Part shown: positions 32,698-42,266 of the stretch, in pieces
Layout: the number at the start of each line of letters is the position of its first letter
Position numbering within the stretch: the first letter of the stretch is position 1
NCBI GenBank assembly: GCA_035606915.1
Contig: DATNDU010000008.1
Coordinates: 12,857-76,856 of the forward strand
Reading direction: 5' to 3'
DNA from: Roseiarcus sp.
Lineage (GTDB): Bacteria; Pseudomonadota; Alphaproteobacteria; Rhizobiales; Beijerinckiaceae
DNA length: 64,000 nucleotides
Notes under the pieces: model-generated
Database searches by the model: none
What the model saw: the letters and a program-made list of their open reading frames with translations, nothing else
What the model was told of the DNA's origin: nothing
Translations under genes and position numbers: made by a program

Positions 32698-34906
32698 GCG
32701 ACCCGCTTCCGCATCGGCGGCTCTGAAGCCGATCCTGCAAGTGCAGGATTTGCAAGTTTACTACGGCGAGTCGCACGCCTTGCAGGGCGTCTCGTTGACG
32801 CTTGAGCGCGGCGTGCTGTCGGTTGTCGGCCGCAATGGCATGGGCAAGACGACGCTTTGCAATACGATCGTCGGCCTGATGCACGCGCGCTCGGGCGGCG
32901 TGCGCTTCGATGGACGCGACATATCCAATCTGGAGCCATACCAGATCGTGCGCGCCGGCGTCGGCTTCGTGCCGCAGGGCCGTCGCCTGTGGCCAAGCCT
33001 CTCCGTCGACGAGACGCTTCGTCTCAGCGAACGGGACGGAGCGGCCGGACATTCCTGGACGGTTGAGCGCGTCTATTCCACCTTTCCGCGCCTAGCCGAG
33101 CGGCGAAGCAACGGCGGCGGGCAGCTATCCGGGGGCGAGCAGCAGATGCTGGCGATTTCGCGCGCCCTGCTGAGCAATCCGCGCCTCCTGGTCATGGACG
33201 AACCCACCGAAGGCTTGGCGCCTGTAATCGTTACGCAGGTCCGAGACCTGCTGCTTCGCCTCTCCAGCGAAGAGGACCTGTCGGTTCTCGTCGTCGAGCA
33301 GAATATCGGCGTCGCCACCTCCGTTTCCGACTCCGTCGCCATCATGGTCAATGGCCGCATCAACCGGATCATGGATGCGGGGGACCTGGCGCGAGACCGC
33401 GATCTCCAGCAGCGATTGCTCGGCGTCGGCCGCTTCGGCGAAGAGGCGGCGTCGACGCACGAAGCGGCGCCCGAGGCAATCGCGGGAGAGGCCAAGGTCT
33501 TCCGGGTGGCGCGCACAGGCGCCGCGAGCGCAGACGGCGCCTCGCCCGTCTACCGGGCCGACCGATTGCCCAATCGCTGGGGCGTGCGCAGCGCCTCCGC
33601 CAAGCCGATCACCGCCGAAACCGAGGTGAGCGCCGCCTCACCGCCGGCGTTCACGATTCCCTTTGCTGAACGCGTTGGACGGATCGCGCTGGTTGCTGGC
33701 ACGTTCGACACCAAGAGCGCCGAGTTGCGCTTCATCGGCGACCGGTTGCGCGCGCTGAACATTGCCGTGCGCACCGTCGATCTCTCGACGTCGGGAAAGA
33801 TTTCGCGCGCCGATGTGACGCCGGTGCAGGTCGCAGCGATGCATCCGCGCGGCTCCAGCGCAGTGTTTTCGGGCGATCGCGGCGCTTCCGTCACCGCCAT
33901 GGCGGAAGCTTTCGGCCGCTGGATCGAGCGCGAGCGCGGTATTGGCGGCGTCATATCCGCAGGCGGCTCCGGGGGCACTTCGCTGGCGACGGCGGGCATG
34001 CGCAGGTTGCCGCTCGGCATTCCCAAGATCATGATCTCGACCGTCGCCTCGGGCGAAGTCGGCCGCTACGTGGGCGCCGCCGACATCTTGATGATGCATT
34101 CGGTCGCCGACGTTCAGGGCTTGAATGTCATCACCGAACAAATCCTCGGCAACGCCGCCAACGCGCTCGCCGGCATGATCTCGGGCCTGCCCACGGCCGA
34201 GGCGCGGGAGGCGCGGCGGCGCTTGGCGCGGCCCGCCGTTGGCATCACCATGTTCGGCGTGACGACGCCGGCAGTGCAGGCGATCACCAAGCGCCTCGAA
34301 GGCGACTTTGACTGTCTCGTGTTCCATGCGACCGGGACGGGCGGGCGTTCGATGGAGGCCCTCGGCGACTCCGGGCTGCTCGCCGGCTTCATCGACCTCA
34401 CGACGACGGAGGTCGCTGATATGGTCGTCGGCGGCGTCTTCGCCGCCGATGCCGATCGCTTCGGCGCGCCGATCCGGACCGGCTTGCCTTATGTCGGATC
34501 GGTCGGCGCGATGGATATGGTCAATTTCGGACCGCGCGACACGATGCCCGAGCGTTTCCGCAACCGCCGCCTCGTTGTCCATAACGCAAACGTCACCCTC
34601 ATGCGCACGACGCGCGACGAAAACAGGGCGATCGGCGAGTGGATGGGATCGCGCCTCAACCTGATGGACGGCCCTGTGCGGCTTCTGCTGCCGCTGGGCG
34701 GCGTGTCTGCGCTGGATGCCGCCGGCCAGCCGTTTCACGATCCGGAGGCCGATAGCGCGCTCTTCGAGGCGCTCGAAAGGACGGTGCGCCAAAACGCGCG
34801 GCGCAGCATCGAGCGCGTCGAGGCCAACATCAACGACGACAAATTCGTCGCGGCCGTCGTGGGTGCCTTCGCGGCGATCTCGCCGCGCCGCGAAAGGAGA
34901 GCTTGA
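32690..34906 (+). CDS. LivF-like ABC ATPase fused to a Tm-1-like/UPF0261 ATP-binding domain
   Basis: N-terminus [24 protein letters not shown]; C-terminus [86 protein letters not shown]. Confidence 0.88.
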   Translation: MAKRPASASAALKPILQVQDLQVYYGESHALQGVSLTLERGVLSVVGRNGMGKTTLCNTIVGLMHARSGGVRFDGRDISNLEPYQIVRAGVGFVPQGRRLWPSLSVDETLRLSERDGAAGHSWTVERVYSTFPRLAERRSNGGGQLSGGEQQMLAISRALLSNPRLLVMDEPTEGLAPVIVTQVRDLLLRLSSEEDLSVLVVEQNIGVATSVSDSVAIMVNGRINRIMDAGDLARDRDLQQRLLGVGRFGEEAASTHEAAPEAIAGEAKVFRVARTGAASADGASPVYRADRLPNRWGVRSASAKPITAETEVSAASPPAFTIPFAERVGRIALVAGTFDTKSAELRFIGDRLRALNIAVRTVDLSTSGKISRADVTPVQVAAMHPRGSSAVFSGDRGASVTAMAEAFGRWIERERGIGGVISAGGSGGTSLATAGMRRLPLGIPKIMISTVASGEVGRYVGAADILMMHSVADVQGLNVITEQILGNAANALAGMISGLPTAEAREARRRLARPAVGITMFGVTTPAVQAITKRLEGDFDCLVFHATGTGGRSMEALGDSGLLAGFIDLTTTEVADMVVGGVFAADADRFGAPIRTGLPYVGSVGAMDMVNFGPRDTMPERFRNRRLVVHNANVTLMRTTRDENRAIGEWMGSRLNLMDGPVRLLLPLGGVSALDAAGQPFHDPEADSALFEALERTVRQNARRSIERVEANINDDKFVAAVVGAFAAISPRRERRA

Positions 34907-35748
34907 TGCCCAGGATCGAGCGCGAGGCCATCCTCGCCAAATTGCAGGCGATGAAGCGCCAGCGCATTCCGATCATCGGCGGCGGCGCCGGCACAGGTCT
35001 GTCGGCCAAATGCGAAGAAGCCGGCGGCATCGACCTCATCGTCATTTACAATTCGGGGCGCTACCGGATGGCGGGTCGCGGGTCGCTCGCCGGCCTCCTC
35101 GCCTATGGCAACGCCAATGAAATCGTCCGCGAGATGGCCTATGAGGTGCTGCCCGTCGTCATCCGCACGCCGGTGCTCGCCGGCGTCAACGGCACCGATC
35201 CGTTCTGCCTCTTCGACTCCTTTCTCGACGATTTGAAACGCCTGGGCTTCTCCGGCGTGCAGAATTTCCCGACCGTGGGCCTCATCGACGGATTGTTTCG
35301 CGCCAACCTCGAAGAGACCGGCATGTCCTATGCCCTGGAGGTCGAGATGATCGCGTGCGCCCATGCCAAGGCCATGCTGACAACCCCTTACGTATTTTGC
35401 GCCGCAGACGCCGCAGCGATGGCGAGAGCCGGCGCCGACATCATTGTCTGCCACCTCGGCCTGACGACCGGCGGAACCATCGGCGCGCAGACCGGCCGCA
35501 AGCTTGCTGAGTGTCCCGCCCTTGTCGATGAATGGGCGGCAGCGGCGCTGGCGGTGAACCCCGAGGCGATCGTCCTGGTTCACGGCGGTCCGGTCGCGCA
35601 GCCGAGCGATGCGGAATTCATCCTTCGCAACACCAAGCATTGCCACGGCTTCTATGGCGCCTCCTCGATGGAGCGCCTGCCGACCGAACTGGCGATGACG
35701 GACCAGACAAAGAAGTTCAAGGCGATCGCCTTCGGGCGATCGGCCTAA
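34903..35748 (+). CDS. TIM-barrel signal transduction / PEP-hydrolase-family protein (homologue of the Tm-1 C-terminal domain)
   Basis: [74 protein letters not shown]. Confidence 0.88.
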   Translation: MMPRIEREAILAKLQAMKRQRIPIIGGGAGTGLSAKCEEAGGIDLIVIYNSGRYRMAGRGSLAGLLAYGNANEIVREMAYEVLPVVIRTPVLAGVNGTDPFCLFDSFLDDLKRLGFSGVQNFPTVGLIDGLFRANLEETGMSYALEVEMIACAHAKAMLTTPYVFCAADAAAMARAGADIIVCHLGLTTGGTIGAQTGRKLAECPALVDEWAAAALAVNPEAIVLVHGGPVAQPSDAEFILRNTKHCHGFYGASSMERLPTELAMTDQTKKFKAIAFGRSA

Positions 35749-35763
35749 TCAGGAGCAAGGACC

Positions 35764-37959
35764 ATGGTTGCGCAGACCTTGGGATCACTGATCCTTTGGC
35801 TCATCATTCTGGCGATCGCCATTGTAATCGCCGTTTATCTCTTGCGCTGGCTGTATCAGCGCTCGACGAAGGAAACGGCGTTCGTTCGCACCGGCTTCGG
35901 CGGCGAGAAAGTCGTCGTCAGCGGCGGCGCGTTCGTCATTCCGGTGCTGCACGACATTACGCCGGTCAACATGTCCGTGACGCGCATCGAGGTGGCGCGG
36001 CGCGAGACCCAGGCGCTCATCACCAAAAACCGAATGCGCGTCGACATCATCGCCGAGTTCTTCGTCAAGGTCGATTCGTCGAGGGAAGCCGTCAGCTTCG
36101 CCGCGCAAACGCTGGGGCGTCGCACTTTGCAGGCGGACGGCACGCGCGATCTTCTGGAAGGGCGCTTCGCCTCGGCGCTGCGGACGGTGGCGGCGCAAAT
36201 GACGCTGGAGCAGATGCACGAGCAGCGGCAGGAATACGCGCAGCGCGTCAAGACCGTGGCGCTGGAGGGCCTCTCGCAGAACGGACTCCACCTGGAGAGC
36301 GTCGCGATTGTCGACCTCGACCAGACCCATCTCGAATTCTTCGACAGTTCGAACGCCTTCGACGCGGAAGGACTGACGCAGCTTACCGAGACCATCGAGT
36401 CGCGTCGCCGCATGCGCAACGAGATCGAACAGCGCACCCAAATCGAAATCCGCACCCAGAATCTCGACGCCCAGCGGAAGTCGCTCGAAATCGATCGCGA
36501 GGGGGAATATGCGCGGCTGGCGCAGGAACAGGACATCGAGGTGCGGCGCACGGCGCAACGCGTCGAACTCGCCCGCGACCGCGCCGTTCGCGATCAGGAA
36601 AGCGAACAGGCCCTGCTCGCCGCGCGCGAGGAGGTCGAAAAGTCAAAATTCGTCCAGGAACGCAATCTCGCCGAGGCGCGAATACAGAACCAGGAGGACA
36701 TCGAGCAGCGCGAGATCGCCCGCCGTCGCCATGTCGACGAAGTCGAGATGAAGACGCGCGAGCTTACGGAGCGCGAGCAGATCGTTTTGGAACTGGCGCT
36801 GGAAAAGGCGCGGATTCAGCGTGAACGCGAGCAGAGCGAACTGGAGCTGGATCGCCGCCGCGTGCTGGAACTTGCGGAGATCAACCGCCAGATCGTCGTC
36901 GCCGCGAAGAACGCGGAACTGGCGCAGGCCGAATCCGAACGCAAGCGCACAGAGATCGTCGCCAACCAAGACGTGGAGTCGACCCGGATCGCGCAGGAGC
37001 GTGTTCTGGATCAAGCCCGCATAGAACGCGAACGGTTGCTCGACGCTCTCAATATCGCCAAACGTCAGGCTTTTGAGGAGGCCGAAATCAGCTCCGGCGA
37101 GGAAATCGAGCGGGCGCGGATCGCCACCGAACGCGGCCTCGCCGAAGCGCGCGTGGCGCGCGACGGCGACCTTCGTAAACTCGAAGTCGAGCGCGACAAA
37201 TCGGTACAAGTGGCCGAAATCGATAGCGTCATCGAAATCGCCAAAAAGTCGGCGGAGCGTTCGGCGGCGATCGCGATTGCGGAAACGGCGCGAGCCCAAG
37301 CTGTCGCTGCCGAGGAACAAGCGTTCACCGTGCGGGAAACCGAGATCGCTCACCGCCGCAAAGCGACGGATCTCATCGCGGCGGCGCGGGAAACGGAGCG
37401 AGACGCGCTGCGTCTCACGGGCAAGGCGGAGGCCGAGAGGGCCGCGGCGACAAGCTTCGCTGACGCCGTCAGGATCGCCGCTCAGGGCGAAGCCGAGGCC
37501 GAAAAGATCAAAGCTCTCGCGGCGGCCGAACGTTACGAGGTTGACGCCAAGGGCGCGATGCAACTCAACGAGGCCGAGAACACACTTTCCGAATCCGCCC
37601 GTCTCTCGCGATTCCGCGGTAAGCTTCTGGAGCGCATCGAGGGCATCGTGCGCGAGAGCGTGCGGCCGATGGAGAAGATCGAAGGGATCAAAATATTGCA
37701 TATCGACGGGGCCAACGGCGCGCCCGGCGCAAACCGCAATGTCACCGACGAAGTGATCGACTCCGCCCTGCGCTACCGCGTCCAGGCGCCGATGATCGAC
37801 AGCCTGATGAAAGAGATCGGCATCGAGGGCGGCAGTCTTGGGCGCATGACTGAGGTGTTGCGCGACGCCAAGGACATCGAAAGCCTGGCCTCGAAGCGCA
37901 CGAAGCCCGCGCATGGCGCCACGCCGGCGAACGGTAGCGACCGCGATGACGAACGCTGA
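35764..37959 (+). CDS. Long flotillin/SPFH (band 7) family protein
   Basis: N-terminal TM, AFVRTGFGGEKVV...PVLHDITPVNM, SPFH core, FDAEGLT, long E/R/A coiled coil, C-terminal RYEVDAKG...EAEN, KIEGIKIL, LRYRVQAP. Confidence 0.88.
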   Translation: MVAQTLGSLILWLIILAIAIVIAVYLLRWLYQRSTKETAFVRTGFGGEKVVVSGGAFVIPVLHDITPVNMSVTRIEVARRETQALITKNRMRVDIIAEFFVKVDSSREAVSFAAQTLGRRTLQADGTRDLLEGRFASALRTVAAQMTLEQMHEQRQEYAQRVKTVALEGLSQNGLHLESVAIVDLDQTHLEFFDSSNAFDAEGLTQLTETIESRRRMRNEIEQRTQIEIRTQNLDAQRKSLEIDREGEYARLAQEQDIEVRRTAQRVELARDRAVRDQESEQALLAAREEVEKSKFVQERNLAEARIQNQEDIEQREIARRRHVDEVEMKTRELTEREQIVLELALEKARIQREREQSELELDRRRVLELAEINRQIVVAAKNAELAQAESERKRTEIVANQDVESTRIAQERVLDQARIERERLLDALNIAKRQAFEEAEISSGEEIERARIATERGLAEARVARDGDLRKLEVERDKSVQVAEIDSVIEIAKKSAERSAAIAIAETARAQAVAAEEQAFTVRETEIAHRRKATDLIAAARETERDALRLTGKAEAERAAATSFADAVRIAAQGEAEAEKIKALAAAERYEVDAKGAMQLNEAENTLSESARLSRFRGKLLERIEGIVRESVRPMEKIEGIKILHIDGANGAPGANRNVTDEVIDSALRYRVQAPMIDSLMKEIGIEGGSLGRMTEVLRDAKDIESLASKRTKPAHGATPANGSDRDDER

Positions 37960-37972
37960 GGGGCGGGGCTGA

Positions 37973-38410
37973 ATGGCGAAGGTCTACGCCTCCATTGTAG
38001 TTCCGGCCAACGCCAGCGCCGTCTGGGACGTTATCCGGGATTTCAATGCGCTGCCAAAATGGACGCCGTTCGTCGCCGAGAGCCGCATCGAGCAGAATGC
38101 GGCCTCCGACAGAGTCGGCTGCATCCGCAACTTTCGCTTGAAGAACGGCGGCCGCGTCCGCGAGCGGCTGCTGGCGCTGTCCGACTACGAAATGTCCTGT
38201 ACCTACACGATCCTCGAAAGCCCGATGGGCGTGGAGAATTATCTGGCGACACTGCGTTTGATTCCGGTGACGGAAAGCGACCACACGTTCGCGGAGTGGA
38301 GCGCCGAATTCGACGCGGCGCCTGAGCGCGAGGATATCTTGGTTGAGGATGTCGGGCGCAACGTGTTCGCAGCCGGGCTGAGTGCGCTGAAGTCGCGGTT
38401 CTCGCGCTGA
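37973..38410 (+). CDS. SRPBCC/START-like ligand-binding protein (polyketide cyclase 2 / MxaD-like)
   Basis: VWDVIRDFNALPKWTP, VGCIRNFRL, RERLLALSD, YTILESP, WSAEFD. Confidence 0.88.
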   Translation: MAKVYASIVVPANASAVWDVIRDFNALPKWTPFVAESRIEQNAASDRVGCIRNFRLKNGGRVRERLLALSDYEMSCTYTILESPMGVENYLATLRLIPVTESDHTFAEWSAEFDAAPEREDILVEDVGRNVFAAGLSALKSRFSR

Positions 38411-38413
38411 GCC

Positions 38414-39886
38414 ATGGTCGATATTCGCCGCAGTACGATCGTCAATGCGCCTCTCGATGAGGTCTGGGCGATCCTGCGCGATTTCAACGGCCACGAGCGT
38501 TGGCACCCCAGCGTCACGTCGAGCGTCATCGAGGATGACGCCGATGCCGACCGCATCGGCGCGGTGCGCAATTTCCGGCTCAGCGACGGCGGGCGAATTC
38601 GCGAGCAGCTTTTAGCGCTCTCCGACGTCGCCAAGAGCTTTTCCTATTGCATCCTCGAAGCGCCGGTTTCGTTACGCAACTACGTCGCCCATGTGCGCCT
38701 TCGCGCGGTTACTGAGAACGATACCTGCCTTTGGCAATGGTCCGCCTCGTTCGACCCGCTGCCGGCCGAAAGAGAGCGACTCACGCGGTTTGTCGCGCAA
38801 GACATCATGGCCGCTGGCTTTCGCGCCGTGTCCGGCTTGTTAGTTGGCGAAACCGGAGCGTCATCGCCGCCCGCCGACGCGCCGAAAGCGCTGTCGGCGC
38901 CCTCGGGCCTGGAGGCGACAGCGATCATTCTGACGCGCTACGGCGGCCCCGACGCGCTGGTTGCACAGAAAATCCTCGTCGCCAGCCCAGGTCCCGGCGA
39001 GGCCCGGATTCGACAGACCGCGATTGGCGTCAATTTTATTGACGTCTACTGCCGTCGGGGCAGCTTCCAGATAGTCGCGCCTCCCGGCATTATCGGCATG
39101 GAGGCCGCGGGCGTTGTCGAAAGCGTCGGTCCCGGCGTCACCAACGTGAAGCCTGGCGATCGCGTTGGCTATGCCTGCGCGCCGCCGGGATCCTATACAT
39201 CGATCCGCACCATGCGAACCGATCTTCTTGTCCAACTGCCGGCCCTGCTGACCGACAACGCCGCGGCGTCGATGCTGTTGAAGGGAATAACGGCGGGGTT
39301 TCTCCTGCATGACGTCTATGCTGTGAGGCCGGGCGATGTCGTTGTCGTGCATGCGGCGGCAGGCGGCGTCGGGCAACTGCTCTGCCGCTGGGCGAAGGCG
39401 CTCGGCGCGACGGTGATTGGCGCAACATCGAGCGACGCAAAGGCCGAGCAGGCGAAGCGGGTTGGTTGCGATCACGTGATTATCACCACGCGGCAGGACA
39501 TCGCGGAAGCGGTGATGCGGTTGACCGACGAGCGCGGCGCCGAAGTTGTCTACGATGCCGTCGGCAGAGACACGTTCGAGGCCTCGATCAACTGCCTTTC
39601 GCCTCGCGGTCATCTCGTCAGCTTCGGTCAGGCCTCGGGCGATGTCGGCGCCTATTCCATCGACAAGCTCGCCAACCGTTCCGTCACCCTCTCCCGACCC
39701 AATTACGTGCATTACACAGACACGCCGTCGAAACTCAAACAGCAAGCCGAAAGGCTATTTGGCGCCCTCGAGTCCGGTATTCTCGTAGCCGAGCGGCCAC
39801 GCCCTTACGCTCTTGCCAACGTCTGCGACGCCCACGCCGACTTGGAAAGTCGGAAAACGACGGGCGCATTAGTGCTGATTCCGTAG
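38414..39886 (+). CDS. SRPBCC domain fused to a zinc-free MDR quinone oxidoreductase
   Basis: N-terminal paralogue of the upstream SRPBCC, then YGGPDAL, GVNFIDVYCRRG, GMEAAGVV, HAAAGGVG, YDAVG, HADLESRKTTG. Confidence 0.88.
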   Translation: MVDIRRSTIVNAPLDEVWAILRDFNGHERWHPSVTSSVIEDDADADRIGAVRNFRLSDGGRIREQLLALSDVAKSFSYCILEAPVSLRNYVAHVRLRAVTENDTCLWQWSASFDPLPAERERLTRFVAQDIMAAGFRAVSGLLVGETGASSPPADAPKALSAPSGLEATAIILTRYGGPDALVAQKILVASPGPGEARIRQTAIGVNFIDVYCRRGSFQIVAPPGIIGMEAAGVVESVGPGVTNVKPGDRVGYACAPPGSYTSIRTMRTDLLVQLPALLTDNAAASMLLKGITAGFLLHDVYAVRPGDVVVVHAAAGGVGQLLCRWAKALGATVIGATSSDAKAEQAKRVGCDHVIITTRQDIAEAVMRLTDERGAEVVYDAVGRDTFEASINCLSPRGHLVSFGQASGDVGAYSIDKLANRSVTLSRPNYVHYTDTPSKLKQQAERLFGALESGILVAERPRPYALANVCDAHADLESRKTTGALVLIP

Positions 39887-40008
39887 CATACCCCGCCGAC
39901 CTGCTGACAATGTTTGACGATCGCGTCCGTCGCCACATTCCTGAACCCCTGCGGGCGCGGGGTTTCGCCGTGGCTTTGCCACATGTCTCAGGTCGTCCGG
40001 CGAGCGCC

Positions 40009-41040
40009 TCAATCAGCAATGGACCACACGATCCCGGTCGCGCCTAGGAGGGCGACTATCCGTTCGCGAGCCGACAGGAACCCGTCGAGGATGAGCACGA
40101 GGCGCGAACGGCGGTCCTCGTTTGGCCAGACGGCGAGGTGGTCAATAGGATAGATAATGTGGTGGACGCCGTGGATGACGACGGGCTCAGCGACTCCGGC
40201 GACATGGAGAATGCCTTTGAGGCGCAGCAGGTCCGCGCCGAAGATGTCAACGATACTGGCAACGCAGCGTTCGAAGGCGCGCCAGTTTAACGCTGCATCG
40301 GCAAACAGCGACAAGGCGCCGATGACGGTAGATCCGTGGATACGGGGCGGTGAATGTGAAGGCAGCCGGTGGTCGAACCTGCTTTGGGTCGCCGACTGCC
40401 AACCAACGCCGGCGCCAATCCAGCGATCGGGATTGAGTACGCCGGCCGTGACCTCGATCACCTCTGCGGCAGCGTTAACCTGTGGGATCGAGCAACGAAG
40501 GTCGCGCGTCGCATCTTGCGCGGCGACATCCGTCTTCGTAAGCAAAATACGATCGGCGCAGGCGATCTGGCGGCGCGCTTCAGGCCGAGCCTCTAGCTGG
40601 GCCGCACCGTACTGCGCATCCGCCGTTACGGCCACCGATTCGAGCGGGAAATCTGCCGCGATCAGCGGATTTCCCGCGAGCTGCATTAGGATCGGCCCAG
40701 GCTCCGCGAGTCCAGTCGTCTCAATCACGACGCGTCGCAAATCGAGCGTTTCGTCTGCCAACCAGCGACGGCGCAACGCATTTAACGTCTGCGGTAAATC
40801 TGCCCGCAAACTGCAACAGAGGCAGCCGCCGCGCAGAAGGACGGTTTCGCCGTCAATTCGCTCGATCAGGTCATGGTCGATGCCAATCTCTCCGATTTCA
40901 TTGATTAGGAGAGCGGTTCCGCGCATAGATTCTTGCTTGATGGCATAACGCAGCACCGTAGTCTTGCCGCTGCCTAACATGCCACTGAGCAGCGTCACCG
41001 GCCAGCGCGGCGGCCCTACAAGATTGCGAGGGTCGGTCAT
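40009..41040 (-). CDS. COG0523/CobW-family G3E GTPase metallochaperone
   Basis: SGMLGSGKTT, INEIGEIGID, GGCLCC, IETTG, LLTKTD, CobW C-terminal LLRLKG. Confidence 0.9.
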   Translation of the reverse strand: MTDPRNLVGPPRWPVTLLSGMLGSGKTTVLRYAIKQESMRGTALLINEIGEIGIDHDLIERIDGETVLLRGGCLCCSLRADLPQTLNALRRRWLADETLDLRRVVIETTGLAEPGPILMQLAGNPLIAADFPLESVAVTADAQYGAAQLEARPEARRQIACADRILLTKTDVAAQDATRDLRCSIPQVNAAAEVIEVTAGVLNPDRWIGAGVGWQSATQSRFDHRLPSHSPPRIHGSTVIGALSLFADAALNWRAFERCVASIVDIFGADLLRLKGILHVAGVAEPVVIHGVHHIIYPIDHLAVWPNEDRRSRLVLILDGFLSARERIVALLGATGIVWSIAD

Positions 41041-42050
41041 GTTGCGCGGATCACGAGGCGCGGCGGCAGGATGATCCGCTCGGTCCGGATCGTTGGATGC
41101 GCGATGCGCTGCAACAGGCGATCCGCTGCGACCTCGCCGATGTGCCGCGTGCCGACCGCCACGGTCGTCAGCGGCGGTCGACTGATTGCCGATTCCGCGA
41201 CATTGTCAAAACCGACCACCGCCACCTCGCGCCCCGCTTCAATGCCCAGTTGATCGAGTGCGCTCAGGGCGCCATGCGCGACCATATCATTGTGGCACAG
41301 AAGTGCGGTGGGGCGGTTCTCGTGCGCCATCATCGTAATCACGGCTTCCGCAGCCTCGATGCGCGAGGAGGAGCAAGGAATCATGTGGTTAGCTGTGAGG
41401 CCGTGGCGGTCGAGTACGCTCTGAAAACCCAGAAGGCGCTCGGCCGATGCGGAGGTCCGACGCGCCGCGCCGATGAAGGCGATCTTGACATGTCCCCTTT
41501 CAATGAGATGTTCTGTAGCCAATTCTGTGCCTAATCTATAATCGGCGCTGACATAATCCGTCACCGAACCCGGCACGTGGCGCAGAATCTGCACCACTGG
41601 CACCCCCGAACGCTGAAGGCTTTCGATTGTGGCGCGCTGGGTGCCCTCGGCAGGGCTGAGGACTATGCCATCTGCACCCTGTTCGCGCATTCGCTGGATA
41701 AAGCGGCTTTGACGGACGACATCGTCGTTGGTGTTGGCAAGAAATGTCAGCAGGCCCGCCTCTTCGAGAACCCGCTCGATGCCTGAGGTCAGTTCGGCGT
41801 AGAATGGATTGGTAATCTCCGAAATTACGAGGCCCACGGTTTGAGAGCGTCCGGAGCGCATTGACGCCGCGCCGCGATTGTAGACATAGCCAAGCTCATC
41901 GATCGCCGCGAGGACGCGCGCGCGCGTCTTTTGAGCAACGAGTGGGCTGTCGCGCAACACGAGCGACACGGTTGAACGAGATATGTTCGCGCGATCTGCG
42001 ATGTCAGTCAAAGTTGCGCGAGGCCGCTCAGCCGCCAGCGTTCCGGTCAT
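41037..42050 (-). CDS. LacI-family transcriptional regulator
   Basis: TLTDIADRANISRSTVSLVL, YVYNRGA, NPFYAEL, VVGFDN, PPLTTV. ATGA overlap with the CobW gene. Confidence 0.94.
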   Translation of the reverse strand: MTGTLAAERPRATLTDIADRANISRSTVSLVLRDSPLVAQKTRARVLAAIDELGYVYNRGAASMRSGRSQTVGLVISEITNPFYAELTSGIERVLEEAGLLTFLANTNDDVVRQSRFIQRMREQGADGIVLSPAEGTQRATIESLQRSGVPVVQILRHVPGSVTDYVSADYRLGTELATEHLIERGHVKIAFIGAARRTSASAERLLGFQSVLDRHGLTANHMIPCSSSRIEAAEAVITMMAHENRPTALLCHNDMVAHGALSALDQLGIEAGREVAVVGFDNVAESAISRPPLTTVAVGTRHIGEVAADRLLQRIAHPTIRTERIILPPRLVIRAT

Positions 42051-42069
42051 GGTGATAAGGCCTCATTTA

Positions 42070-42165
42070 TTTTGCATCGATCTATATTTCTATCGCATTC
42101 CCTCCGCATTCCGTCAATGCACGGGCAGTAAATACTGGGTGCTATACATTTAGATCGATGCAAAA
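42070..42165. promoter_or_regulatory. Pair of putative LacI operators in the divergent promoter
   Basis: ttttgcatcgatcta (42070-42084) and its exact reverse complement tagatcgatgcaaaa (42151-42165), each with a central CG. Confidence 0.6.
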
Positions 42166-42266
42166 AACAATTGCCAGAATCTGACGGATGTGCGAGCCTC
42201 GATATGCCTGTGCGTGCAAGGCGCTGAAACACATCGCGGCCAATGTCGGGCGCAAGGGAGGACAAT

